A stretch of DNA of 64,000 nt from Dicyema japonicum (taxonomy: Eukaryota; Animalia; Dicyemida), in the NCBI GenBank assembly GCA_011109175.1, contig RDEW01000022.1, forward strand, positions 353,834-417,833. The letters run 5' to 3'. Position numbers and translations under genes: made by a program. How positions within the stretch are numbered: position 1 is the first letter of the stretch; every line of letters begins with the position of its first letter. Under the pieces are notes generated by a model. That model searched no databases. It was not told where the DNA came from and worked only from the letters and a program-made list of their open reading frames with translations. This document shows positions 1 through 11,049 of this stretch, one piece after another.

Positions 1-1100
1 AGAGCCATAATCTTCCGGTGAGCAGTTTCCTCGGTATCGAGTCAAAAGCTTTCTGTATGTCAATGGAACACATCATGGTCTTTTGATGCCGAGGTTTGCA
101 TTGTAGGCTTTCCTTGATGAATTTCGTCAAGCAAGTAAGGTGGGTAGTTGTGGAGCGAGCTTACTTAAATCCACATTGGAAGGATACGTCTGGGAGGTAA
201 GGTTTAATTTGATCAAGAATGAGTTCTAGGATTTTGGAGGTAGCACATAGGAGGGATATTGGTCTGTACGAAGCTGGTGAGTCCTTCGGCCGTCCAGGTT
301 TTAAGATAGGTCGAATATGTGATAATTTTCATAAAGTAGGAATGTAATTTTTACATTATGGAGAAGTTGTAAATTCTGGTCAAGGCCAAGATGGTTTAGG
401 GGCCTATCTTCTTAATTACTATAGAAAGGATTCCATCTGGAACACTTGCGTAAGGTGATTTCTGGTTTTGAATAGCCTTCCGCACGACGTCCATTGAAAG
501 ATTGTTCATGGTTGCGTCGCGTATTGGTTTTATTGAAGATGTGGGAGGTGGCTCAATTTTCTGGTGAGAGATGAAGCTCACGGAGGAATAAACTTTCATG
601 ATCTTGTTTAAAAAGTTCTTGTTCTCTAGGTCTTCGCAAGAAGGCGGTCTCATAAAGTTGGTAAAGTCCCGAAGAGTATTCCACATCCTTGTAAGGAAGG
701 ATTGTTTGTTTAGGGTGTACATGAGTTATTCTTTCCTGTTTCATCTTTCTGATCTCTCTCCAAAGCTCGGATCCTCGCCCTGGTTTCCCAAGATTGATTC
801 TGTAGGCTTTTTAGGCAATTTCTTACCGCCTTTAATTTGCTAGGCTGGTTGTGTTTGAGAGATCTATGATCAAAGAAATGATATCCATTATACGTTTTTC
901 CTTTTTTTCTACGATGCTCTTCTTTTAGTAACTTAAAGAAATGTGGATTTATTTTGATATTCAAAAGGATTTACGTCTTTTACCGCTGAGCGAAAGAAAT
1001 GATCTGATTCGATGCCGCAAAGAGTGTCGAACTCAAAGCCGCTATTTTGGGTTGCAGACTGGGAGTTTATTCCCTCTCCTGATAAAACGGTTAATGGATT
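1..1100 (-). mobile_element. Decayed APE-RT non-LTR retrotransposon (Ingi/Vingi-like), 5'-truncated in the APE domain and running off the window start
   Basis: Minus-strand frames give the APE C-terminal 'DTLCGIESDHF' (~980-1030), linker 'MWNTLRDFTNF', RT domain-0 'AIQNQKSPYASVPDGILSIVIKKIGP' (ORF 396-722) and broken RT motifs downstream. Confidence 0.8.
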
Positions 1101-1565
1101 AAATCGACGGCTTTGATGTCAACAAATCATGACCTTCAAACCAAAAACATAGTCTTTAATACTAACTTTGAAGGCTTTACTAGATTATCAACAATCGTGT
1201 GATTTCTGGTCTTAACTGAGCAACAACCTCAATATCTTTATGAAAAGAAGTATTCCCTTATCTATATTTAAGTTAAAAACCCCTGGTTCTTTCCAGATAA
1301 CTCTACCTTTCTTTAGAGAGGTAATATGCAAAGGAGAGTTTATGTATCTGATTATATTTCATTTGGTGTCAAAAGCAGTCACTATAACTATCAAACTGAA
1401 GTTTCACCTGGATTTGTCGTAAGAGGCTTATCAACTCACATGGTTATTCGTGTGCTTATATGCTGTTTCTCAATAGTTTCGATTTTCCTTATAATTTAAT
1501 AATGAATTATAGATTGGTTAACCTAATAAAGATAATAATAAATAGTATAATTATATAACAAAATA

Positions 1566-2000
1566 ATGTTGGGTGATAACTCAGGTTGGTTGTGTTATAA
1601 TAAAGATGTCAAAATAATCAGAGGACGTGTAAAGTGGTTTAGTGTTAACAGAGGATTTGGATTTATAGAAAGGTACCATTGAATGTATATAATAGGGCTG
1701 ACAACAATGAGGATGTGTTTGTTCACGTGGTTATCCTAATAATGAGATGATAGAATAGTATAGGAGAGATTGCACAAAATAATACTCGGAGTCTGGAAGA
1801 TGGGGAACTTGTGCAGTTTGAGTTGAGAAAGAGGAATAAAGGAATCGAGGCATTCAATGTGACTGGACAAAACAAAAAAAAGCTTATTGGTAGTTGTTAT
1901 GCTACTCCCAGGAATGATTCGGTTTTTTTTGTTTTATTATTAGAATTTTGACGGATTAAAGTTTTATCCTCGAAGAAGACGAGACCAAAAGCCTAATTAG
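1566..2000 (+). CDS. YBX: Y-box / cold-shock-domain protein (5 exons)
   Basis: Removing GT-AG introns 1585-1605 (21 nt), 1673-1695 (23), 1727-1753 (27) and 1922-1943 (22) gives MLGDNSDVKIIRGRVKWFSVNRGFGFIERADNNEDVFVHNSIGEIAQNNTRSLEDGELVQFELRKRNKGIEAFNVTG...FYPRRRRDQKPN*. It has RNP1/RNP2 motifs and the metazoan Y-box 'NVTG' end. Confidence 0.92.
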
Positions 2001-3279
2001 GATGCCTTCTATTGATTATCCCTATTTTTTTGAATTTTGATTAAGTTAATTTATTGTTACGTAACCACTATATTTAATAAATTCAATTCATCCATATCAT
2101 CGAGGAGTAGTAATGTTTTCGCTACTTAAACTTCAACATATCATAACTCACATTTTTTAAGAAATAAGAACAGTTATGATAAATAATCCAAGATACAGAG
2201 AGTCTTCTTTTTTTATTGCGTGTGTCCCCGGGGCAATTCTGTTCCTCAGTGATGCATCATTGGCATCACTCGTCAATTCAAGGAAACACTAACAAATTAT
2301 GTAGTCTTATTGTTTAGTGCTGTGTAATGTTATGTAATATAATCAATAATATTATTGTGCACTCTGATCTCTTAAATTTTTAAATAAGTATTTTCTAAAC
2401 TTATTAATAATAATAAAATATCACGCTATCTGCGACTATTGTTAACTATTGGAAATACTAGGAATAGAGCTATCCCCAAATTATGTGATCCCAATATCAG
2501 TGTTTAGCTCTATTTCTCTCATGATCATCAAACTTGTGATTTGTCGTTATCATTTAGGATATACGTGCTACTGAGTAGACTCATTCTTGAAAATGCAAGA
2601 GTAGTAAAATGACGTGAAAGATATCTTGTTCATTGGTGAGATGATATTCTCCATTAACAGAGTCATAGTTTATATTACAAAGTCTGAGAATACTGTTGAT
2701 TTGAATAATATTTCCTTAATTCTTTATAGCCCTTAAACTGCCTATAAAGAAATTTCTTGGTTAACGAGGGAATACTATGACTAAGGTGGAGATTCCTGAC
2801 TCTGAACTTAAAATTTTGGATTGGGACATCTTAAATGTGAGATGTGGGATCAAAGAGAAGGGATCCTGTGGTCTATGCATTAGTTAATGGGCTCGTTAGA
2901 GTCAATTCAAAACTAAAAGAGTCAATCTTGCTATATAAGATTGAGTCATAGGGCATTGATGGGAAATAATACGATGATGCCATCGCCACGATTTCTAACT
3001 GGAAAATTCTGGAAGTTGATAAAGTGTTTAATTTATCAAAAATTTTCATGCCTTCTCTAATCCATGTATTATTCCTCAATGGCAATGGGATCACGTAACC
3101 GATTCCTAAAGTAGACAATCATAAATAACTCAGTGAGTACAGACAGATTACTTATACGTCAATGGCATACTAATTAATGTGCAAATTGGTGGCGAATAAA
3201 ATTAGAAAATATAAATGAAATCTTGTCTGCAAATCAGTTTCGAGGGTAGAAGTCACCTCTTTAATACGCATGGATTATC

Positions 3280-3420
3280 ATGTTAAATGGGTGGAAATCA
3301 GTCGTGAAACCGCCACTGAGATTTTACAACTTTCAGTATTTCGGACACATCGCAAAGTTTCAATGGAAAAAAGGATGCTTTCGTTGTGGAGAACCGAACA
3401 GTCAGAGTTCCAGGAATCAA
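3280..3420 (+). mobile_element. Degenerate gag/ORF1-like double CCHC zinc-knuckle remnant
   Basis: 'VVKPPLRFYNFQYFGHIAKFQWKKGCFRCGEP' resembles the PLRCYxCQxFGHIAxxC...CxRCGE knuckle pair of LINE ORF1 proteins, with several Cys mutated. Confidence 0.5.
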
Positions 3421-3559
3421 ACAGCAGAAGGTCTCGTATCAACTGCGAGTTCACCACCAACGGAGTGGACTATGACGGCTGTCCGTTATCCAGCGAAGCT
3501 GTGATATCTATAAGAAGACCAGATAATTATCGTATGACATGCAGAGGGGAAGAATTATT

Positions 3560-3990
3560 CTCACACAACCCAAGTCAAAAACTAATGAAAAAAACATGAC
3601 ATGACCAAGTCAAATGAATAATTAGAATATTGTAATGCCTAAATGGAATAAGTCATTATTAAATAATGAGTATCTGAAAGAAAAGCTGATAGGCTGGGAG
3701 AGTATCCTGGGGGCTTCCAAAAAATCAAGAGAATTAACATATATGATTATTCTTTTAAAAAATCGTCCTAGTGATGAGTGGCCCATGGAATCATACTATA
3801 TTAACAAAACAACGTATCGAGGTCGACAAATAACAATGTTTCCGTCGATGCTCGACAAAAAATCACTTGCATAAGAAGAAAGCTGAAAACAAGAGAGAAT
3901 CTGGATGATCTGAAGGCGGTTTCGAGAAACAGGGAGGATGGAAACGACTTACAGCGCGTATCCTGAGATGCATCTCAAATTAACTTTTTG
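3560..3990 (+). mobile_element. RTE-clade LINE 3' fragment
   Basis: Broken frames give 'PMESYY...YRGRQITMFPSMLDK' and 'LKTRENLDDLKAVSRNRED', matching the C-terminus of the other RTE copies here (9280-9540, 51100-51270). Confidence 0.6.
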
Positions 3991-4045
3991 GTGCTGAAAC
4001 ATTGCAATAAATTGCAATTAAATATAATTCAATAATTAATTAACA

Positions 4046-4462
4046 CAGCCATCCATCAAAGTGGACCCCACCTCTCACGATTGTAACAGAGATCAACTGG
4101 AGAGGTCACCGGGTCTCACGTGCGTCGTGGCTTTTAGTGTAGCTAGGCGTCCAAGTTTCTTTAGGAAACGAAGCGATTTTCCACTTATTCCTCCAGTTGT
4201 CTCGACCACAATGGATAGAACGCGAATCGGTCCCGTAGCGCTTCGTATTTCTTCTCCTTTGCCCTCATCGTTTTTTCCGCGGCATGCAGTGTGTCTACCT
4301 CCCAACAATGTTGGACGGGCAAAGTGGGTCGACACAAGTAGCGTCCCAGAACAAAGGTTTTCTCTCTTCGAATGGGAAAATTGTGATCCCGTCGGGACGT
4401 TTACGTCTCCTCTGTCCAGGTCAACAGTTCAGGGTATCCCGCAGACTCCAGGGCTTGCTTGA
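4046..4462 (-). mobile_element. CRE-like RLE retrotransposon 3' fragment (restriction-like endonuclease)
   Basis: Frameshifted translation 'KRPDGITIFPF...WDATCVDP...KEKKYEALRDRFAFYPIVVETTGGISGKSLRFLKKLGRLA...LISVTIVRGG' fits the RPDG / WD.T / K..KY / F.P..ET.G / QRGN RLE pattern. Confidence 0.75.
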
Positions 4463-4739
4463 CAATTCCGAAAAGTTAGATAAAAAAGTAGAGAATAATA
4501 ATTAATTTTAGTTATATTTTTTATCATTTTAAAATTGCAGCTTTTCAATTTTAGTCAAAGGTTAAAACTTTTTGCATTTATTTTTTAAATCAAAATGTTT
4601 TTTAAATAATTTAAAATAATTAATTAAGAATAAAAAGTTAAAAACACGTAATATAATTGTTTCTCGTATTGTCTAACTTCTACATTCTTCGCCTACCACT
4701 TCAAAAATTTGTGTTTAAGTGATGAAATAATGAAAAAAA

Positions 4740-5400
4740 TTTCAATTGAATGCGAAAAGTTCTTATTCGTCACATGCCGCAGGATATATGACAAGTGGTA
4801 GTAATAAAATCTAATTTTAGCTGGGACCTCAATGAAATTTTTATATCCAAATCTTTTCCACGTCATTACACTAAGAATAAAATCCTACTTCACATATGTT
4901 GATAACCTGATTTCTTCTTTAACAAAAGACGCTGTGAAATGTTCTCACAAGATGGGGAAGCTAGCTAAAAGCAGCAAAATATTACTCCCAGAAATATTAA
5001 ATTGTTCTCTGAATTTGAAGATGGTGTTTTAATCAAAAATGATTCGATTTTTAATTATTTTAGGCAAAAGAATCTGTTAACATTCCCACTTTGTTTTCAA
5101 GTTTAACCGAAATCAGATCAAACTATTTGGCTTTAATTGAAATAATTTAAAATACATAACTACTCGATTATTCAATTGAAAAATCTTAAGCAGATCTGAA
5201 CAGCATAGAATTTTAAGCTTCAGAAATCTGGGATACTAAGTATTCATGATTCCTCAAATAAAAATATTTCGCCAGAAATTTACTCATACCTTCAAAATTG
5301 TTGCGGAAGCTCAGCCTCAGTTGAAAGAGCGATATCTCTTTTGACGAAAATTCTTACTAAAATCGAAACTTTAATTATCTATTACAATAAATGATTTCGT
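4740..5400 (+). mobile_element. hAT-like transposase relic (CGGBP1-related type)
   Basis: Fragments 'LFVTCAAGYMT', 'LYPNLFHV', 'IKSYFTYVDNLISS' and 'YLQNCCGSSASVERAISLLTKIL'. Heavily frameshifted; no TIR found. Confidence 0.6.
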
Positions 5401-5786
5401 TTATTTTTACAATTAAAACATATTTTTAAAATAAAAATTGCAATTTTCTAGTTGCCCTAGTGATTAGTTTTACAAGCAAGAGGCAACAATAATCAGCCTC
5501 GCTGACTTTTGGATCCGAAATAAAATCACATGATAGACAATTCTTTGCATGCTATGCCTGCAGGCCATAATGGAGAATTTGTTCTTAAAGCTTAAAACTT
5601 TTTTTTACTAAAGAGAATTTATATAAACTTTAAACTAAATTAATTAATTTTGATCACAAACACTATGTCATTTATAAGTAGAGATGTTACAGAATTAAAT
5701 TATACAAAAGATATAGTCCCTAACACTCCTAGAAAGTTCCTTCCTCAGAAAACTAATTAAATAATTAAAGAAACAAAGTCAGAAAA

Positions 5787-7228
5787 TTACTTCCGTTCAT
5801 CTACAAATAAAGCATATGGACTAACCATAACTAACAGGGTCGATTTTCTCAGGCATTTCACAGATATTAACCTCAAATCTCTTTTGGACTTCATTCAATA
5901 CTCCCATATCCGTACTATTAGACACAAAGGTCACAGCAATCCCTTTAGTCCCAAATCTCCCAGCACGTGCAACTCTATGAAGGAAGCTATCAGCATCATC
6001 AGGCATATCATAGTTGAAGACAACATTGACTCTCTCAATGTCCATTCCTCTCCCAAACAAATCAGTGGCCACCAATATCCTCTTCTCAAAACCTTTAAAC
6101 AATTGATATCTCTTCAATCTGCCATATAAACCATCACAACCTCTCCTGCTGCTGCATTCCCCTGTGAATACAAATAACTTCAAAGTTAGCCTGAGCAAGA
6201 ACTTCAGTGAGAGCGATACAACGACTCACTGTCCTCACAAATATAATAGTCTACTGTGAGTCCCCAAAATACCTGGTTCACACTAAGAGACTCCAGAAGG
6301 TTACATAAAACCCTAGTCTTAGTATTCTCGTCTATTTTTGCATAGTATTGTTGGAGACCATGAAGAGTAAGCTTGGACTCGTCATCAATGTAAATTTCCA
6401 GTGGCTGAGCATTACAAAAAACAGTACATTCTTCATAAACTTGAGACACACAGGCCTTATAGATTTAGGGAGAGTGGCAGAAAACATTATTATCTGCTTG
6501 TTGTGGGGGGTCTTTCTGAATATGTCCTGGACGTCTGATCTCATATCTGGAAAATGTCCATAAATAAGCAAACCGATCTTATCCAACACTTTGTCGCACT
6601 CATCAATTACAAAATGACGACAGTTACTCAAATCTAAATGATTCTCAGAAATAAGCTGTAGAATCCGTCCAGGGGTCCCTACAACCACCTGTGGGTGCTT
6701 CCTTAGTTTGGCAATGTCCAGATGAACTGAAACTCCCCCAAAGCAGACAGCCACCTAAGAAGGGTTATATCAATTAGTACTTTGACGTCGGAGAAATACT
6801 TGGAAAATCTCTCATATTCCTTGCTGATTTGGAAGGCCAACTCCCGCGTGTGGCAAATCACAACGGTATCCACGGTAGAACAACCAGAGTCCATTTGGTG
6901 GAGAGTAGACAAGACGTAAACAGCGGTCTTCCCCATCCCAGACTTAGCTTGACACAGAATATCCATAGAAAGCATAGCTTGGGGAATGCATTGGTACTGA
7001 ACTGCGAGATGAAATCAGAGATCCACCTTCGGAAGGATGTTCAAAGCCACACTCTTGGATTGTCCGTAGAAGTTCTGGTTTGAGTAGAAAATCGCGGAAT
7101 CCAGAACTATGAGGGGCCACGGTAGAGGACTTGACTTTACGGCTTTCCACAGTCGTTCTTGGTGGAATGACAATTTCATTCACTTCTTCTTCGTAGTCCA
7201 GCAAGTCAACTTCATTATCCAGAGACAT
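5787..7228 (-). CDS. DDX39B: DEAD(DECD)-box spliceosome/export helicase UAP56/DDX39B
   Basis: [15 protein letters not shown]...[77 protein letters not shown] last 25-nt intron gives ...DPVSYDERK*. Confidence 0.97.
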
Positions 7229-7467
7229 CTTAGGAATATTTAGGCACAATCATTTTGATAATAATAATATCCATAATAAAATAACTGTTTTTCGAGAAAA
7301 GAACACAACACACCTTGACACAGGAAGTAAAGTAATCAATAATTTTATGCTATTTAAATATTGGTTATTGGTTAGCCATTCTAATGAATTAATGTAAAAT
7401 TTTAATTAATAATTAATTTTTAAATGTAATAATATTTTATTCTAAATAATAATTATTAATAAGATAT

Positions 7468-7600
7468 TCAGGAAAGCCGTGGGTACTCTGGAGGAACACA
7501 GGAAAAACCTCTCGATCCTGTTGAGGCTTACCGGGATCACTTAATTAGTTGGTTTACTCTTCTTTCTTGGTGTTCCCTTTTCGGGGTTATTAAATAATAA
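7468..7600 (+). mobile_element. SINE-like element family S1 (5'-truncated copy) with Ingi/Vingi-type 3' end
   Basis: Near-identical to 18000-18130 (-) and 61095-61230 (+). Ends GGGATCACTTAATTAG...CGGGGTTATTAAATAATAA. Confidence 0.85.
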
Positions 7601-7675
7601 ATAAATAAATTAATAAGATAAGTTAATAGGACTCTGACTTTTTCCATGCGGAGCTGTTTAACTTTATCACATAGG

Positions 7676-8110
7676 CCTTCTGGCTGAATGTAACTACTGA
7701 TGATATCGGATCTGAAGGTCGTGGGTTCGATTTCGGAAGATGGAGTTTTCGGCTAAGGTCAATTCTTGTCAAACAGATCCCATCCGTGAGGCGACGATTC
7801 CTTCTGGTACGACACAGTAGTTAAAAAGGATCTTCCTACCTTTCTTCCTGGCCAAATCCTCTGATGAAGATTGCATTATGAAAACTATTACGCTAAAGAA
7901 TGAAGTGATGTCCGCGACGGTAGGACGTGGGACAAAAATGAAAGTGGGCGGACCTATTTCCCCACCTCTCTTCGGAAGCGGAAGCCTGTAATAAAGTATT
8001 GGAAGATAAATTTGGTCGCACAAGCAGATGTTCTCCTTTTGGTTCCTTCCTTAATTAGTTAGTTATGACTGTTTGTGCTGGGCTTACAATGGTAAGCCTG
8101 GGGTTAATAA
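7676..8110 (+). mobile_element. tRNA-headed SINE-like element (tRNA-Arg-like head)
   Basis: A-box TGGCTGAATGT, 'CGGATCTGAAGGTCGTGGGTTCGATT' (anticodon/T-arm-like with B box), non-coding body, and tail TAATTAGTTAGTT...GGGGTTAATAATA like the LINE tails. No intact acceptor stem. Confidence 0.6.
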
Positions 8111-8194
8111 TATCACATAAAACATAAGACGGAATGAATTTGTCTCCAATCTAAATCACAGAACCCCAGACTGGGAAAAACAATTTGTTGGAAT

Positions 8195-8512
8195 ATTACT
8201 TAATAACCCCGAATATACTGAAAGAGGGCAGAGTTAATTAACGTGAATTAAGATCAGGTTCCTATTGTCCGAGTGAGACACATCTTTTCCAAGGATCACG
8301 TCCATCCATTTCCGCCGTTGTGGGAACCCTTTTAGTGAAATAAAGAATAGGCTGAAAGCCAGGCATATAGTCTTCTGAGACAAGCGTATAACATACGACT
8401 TTTATAATTAGAAGAATACACAGGACAGAACGGAATAACAAATAAATAAAGGTGTAAGAATCGAACTCACGGCTAACCACAACTGTACCAACAACACTAA
8501 CCACTATGCCAA
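8195..8512 (-). mobile_element. tRNA-headed SINE-like element with Ingi/Vingi-type tail
   Basis: Minus strand has A box TGGCATAGTGG, T-arm GTGAG-TTCGATT-CTTAC and tail TTCGGGGTTATTAAGTAATA matching family S1. Anticodon and acceptor stems do not pair. Confidence 0.6.
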
Positions 8513-9279
8513 TAGAATATAATTGAATTATTGCGAATTCGTGATCCTACTCAATTCTTATACAAAACTAAACTCAGATTAAACCACTTGTTGTTCGATG
8601 GTATTTTCATTGTTCATCCCCTACTTTAAGGATAACTATGGAGAACTCAGATCTTAAAACAAGTATGAAAGTGATCCCTTTGATATCAATGACGATCACC
8701 TCGGAAAAACTATCCATTTTTGTAAACGACACATTTTGTGTTGTCCGTATTACGTTTCAGATCATAATTAGAAGGTTATTGTCTTCCCTAAAAAACGGGA
8801 ACTCCGAAGTCTATGAAACCGAATCGCCCTTAAATTAATCTCCGTTGCTATAGTGAAGGCAACAGTGCATCAATTATATCAACGGGGGGTCAATAATTAA
8901 AATAATTTGCTGAAAATAGATTTTATATTTTTATTATCTGCCTTTCCGCCCAACAGTAGTATTGTTTCCTTAGACCTCCATTAGGCAGGACTTTATTTAA
9001 AATTAAATTATTACCAGTTTCGCTGATATGTGGGGAACTGGCAACTGTCGAAAACGCGGACGCTCCCAGAGATCCATTACTTTGATGTCGAGCCCTAAAG
9101 ATCCATGGAAAGCATCCCGAACCTCTATCACACCCACATCGTAAATGAGAAAGTTCCACTCTGACGGCTCTCGGAAGAAACAGTTCTGAAGCTCTAATCT
9201 CAGGAAGTATGCGCTCCAGTTCTATTCGAGGGTATTTAAAAGGGAAAGACCTAGTTAGTTTAAGTACATCCGCGTTACC

Positions 9280-10560
9280 AGTTAACACTGATTATGGATT
9301 CGCTTGTGCCATGTTTTTCGACTATCCTTTCCGATAGTCTTCTCCATACTTTTCGTTGTCGTGCTCGTCTCCTGATTTCGTCCAGATCGTCTGCATCCAT
9401 CAGTCGGCCCCCGATCACTGCGTAATCCTCCGAAAGTGTCCTTGGAAGACAACTTCTTGGACGTCCTCTGAATGCAATAGATACAGTATGCCCAAAAAAA
9501 TCTTCCATGGCGGCATTGCATGGTGTTTGTTCATTCATCTGTAGAATATGTCCAAAAAAGCGCCAGCGGGGTCAAGTAAGTTCAGACTTATTGGTCCACA
9601 ATCAGTCAGTTTGTATAATTTATTGTTTGAGATTTTCTTGAGCCAAGAGTATCCAAGGAGTGTCCCTAGTTGGCCTCTGTGAAACGAATCAAGTTGTTCC
9701 ATATCTTTCTTTGATGTTCTCCAAGTACCTGCGTTGTACATGAGGACTGGTCGGACAAATCCATCATATGCCCGTAATCGCATCTTAGTAGGAATTTGAT
9801 TCTTTCTCATCAGAATGGATTGTAATTTTTAAGTGCTATTGTGGCCAATATCTTTCGTCGTGTAGACCTTCTGAATCGCAAAGTAACGATCCGAATTTCA
9901 GGTGTTCTCCATCTCGAATTTTCACTTTTCTTCAACGCGGGTTGGCGTTCTTTTACTCAAAATTGTTTTCGCTTTCTCCATAATAACGTATATAAATTCC
10001 CGATCTTCCGCGACAAAATCGGCATCATCCGCATAAATGAATTCCATAAAGTGGTTGTCCTGACATCCAATTTATTCTCTAGACGATAAATAATACAGGA
10101 GATGGAGTGTCCCCCTATGGGTTTCCAAAATTGGTAGAAAATGGTCTATACTCCTTATAGCCAACTCTGACGAGTAGTTCAGTTTCAGATAATAGCTACA
10201 TGCGCAGACTGTCTTCATCGACAACGTTAACGGTTGTAGTTTACTCCTGTTGATGCTGTCAAAAGCCTTGCTCATGTCGATTCCAAGGATATGAAAGGAT
10301 CGTTTGTACTTCTGACATATTGCAGTGATCCAGCGATGGCTCCAGACAATGAGAGATATCGATCGACATTGATATCTCATACAATAGTCGATAGAGTATT
10401 CCTTCGAGTAGTGACTAGCACAATAGGTCTTAAGCTCCCGAAGGGTCTCCGTCTTTTGCTCTGTTTATGAAGAGGTATTAATATTCCGGTCCCGATCGGA
10501 AGCGGGCAGTGTAATGCAAATACCTTGTTCAGTATTTGTGCGAAGGGAAAGACCTGTTAA
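9280..10560 (-). mobile_element. RTE-clade LINE, RT and C-terminal part, decayed
   Basis: 'ILGIDMSKAFDSINRSKL', 'RLRAYDGFVRPVLMYNAGTW...LDSFHR' and 'RGRPRSCLPRTLSED...RQRKVWRRLSERI'. Confidence 0.9.
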
Positions 10561-11049
10561 ATTGATAAAAGATTATATTTCTTCAATTTTTTTAACTAAA
10601 AATCACCAACAGTTAATTAAAGGAATTAATTTCAAATTAAATTAATTTATAATAAAATTGTATAATTCAGTATGGTCAACCATTATATATTAATAGTTTA
10701 AAATCGCGGTTAGACCGCATTTTATTGACCCTTTGGTAATTTATTTTTCGTGCAATTTTCATTTCACTATTGAAAGTAACAGGTCTATCAAAATTTTATA
10801 AAATAAATTTTTGATTCATCACTCATATTACTGTTTCACGTTGTTTTTAATAGTGAAGGCAACATTATTGCCGAAAAATACATAAACTTATTCTACATTC
10901 GCACATTCAATATGTCTTATATTATTCTTGTTTTGTAACAATTTTACTATTTTATCCACTCTAGTATTATCCACTTCTTGGATTCTACTAATGAAATGAA
11001 AAAATTTCCAAAAAACAGAGTAAAACTAAACTAACTCATCACGCAATCC

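Noticed and set aside
2430-3190. Possible small gene (ORF 2873-3118 on -, intron-like segments on both strands)
   Set aside because: No splice path gave a continuous or recognisable protein on either strand.
7676-7745. Functional tRNA gene (also 8450-8512 and 51955-52020)
   Set aside because: A/B boxes are present but acceptor and anticodon stems do not pair; treated as SINE heads.
7696-7890. CTGATGA motifs as hammerhead ribozyme cores (also 29307, 24852, and 52079 on -)
   Set aside because: No stem II followed by GAAA in the required arrangement.
8262-8504. ORF as a membrane-protein gene
   Set aside because: Lies within a tRNA-headed SINE-like element; hydrophobicity reflects T-rich sequence.
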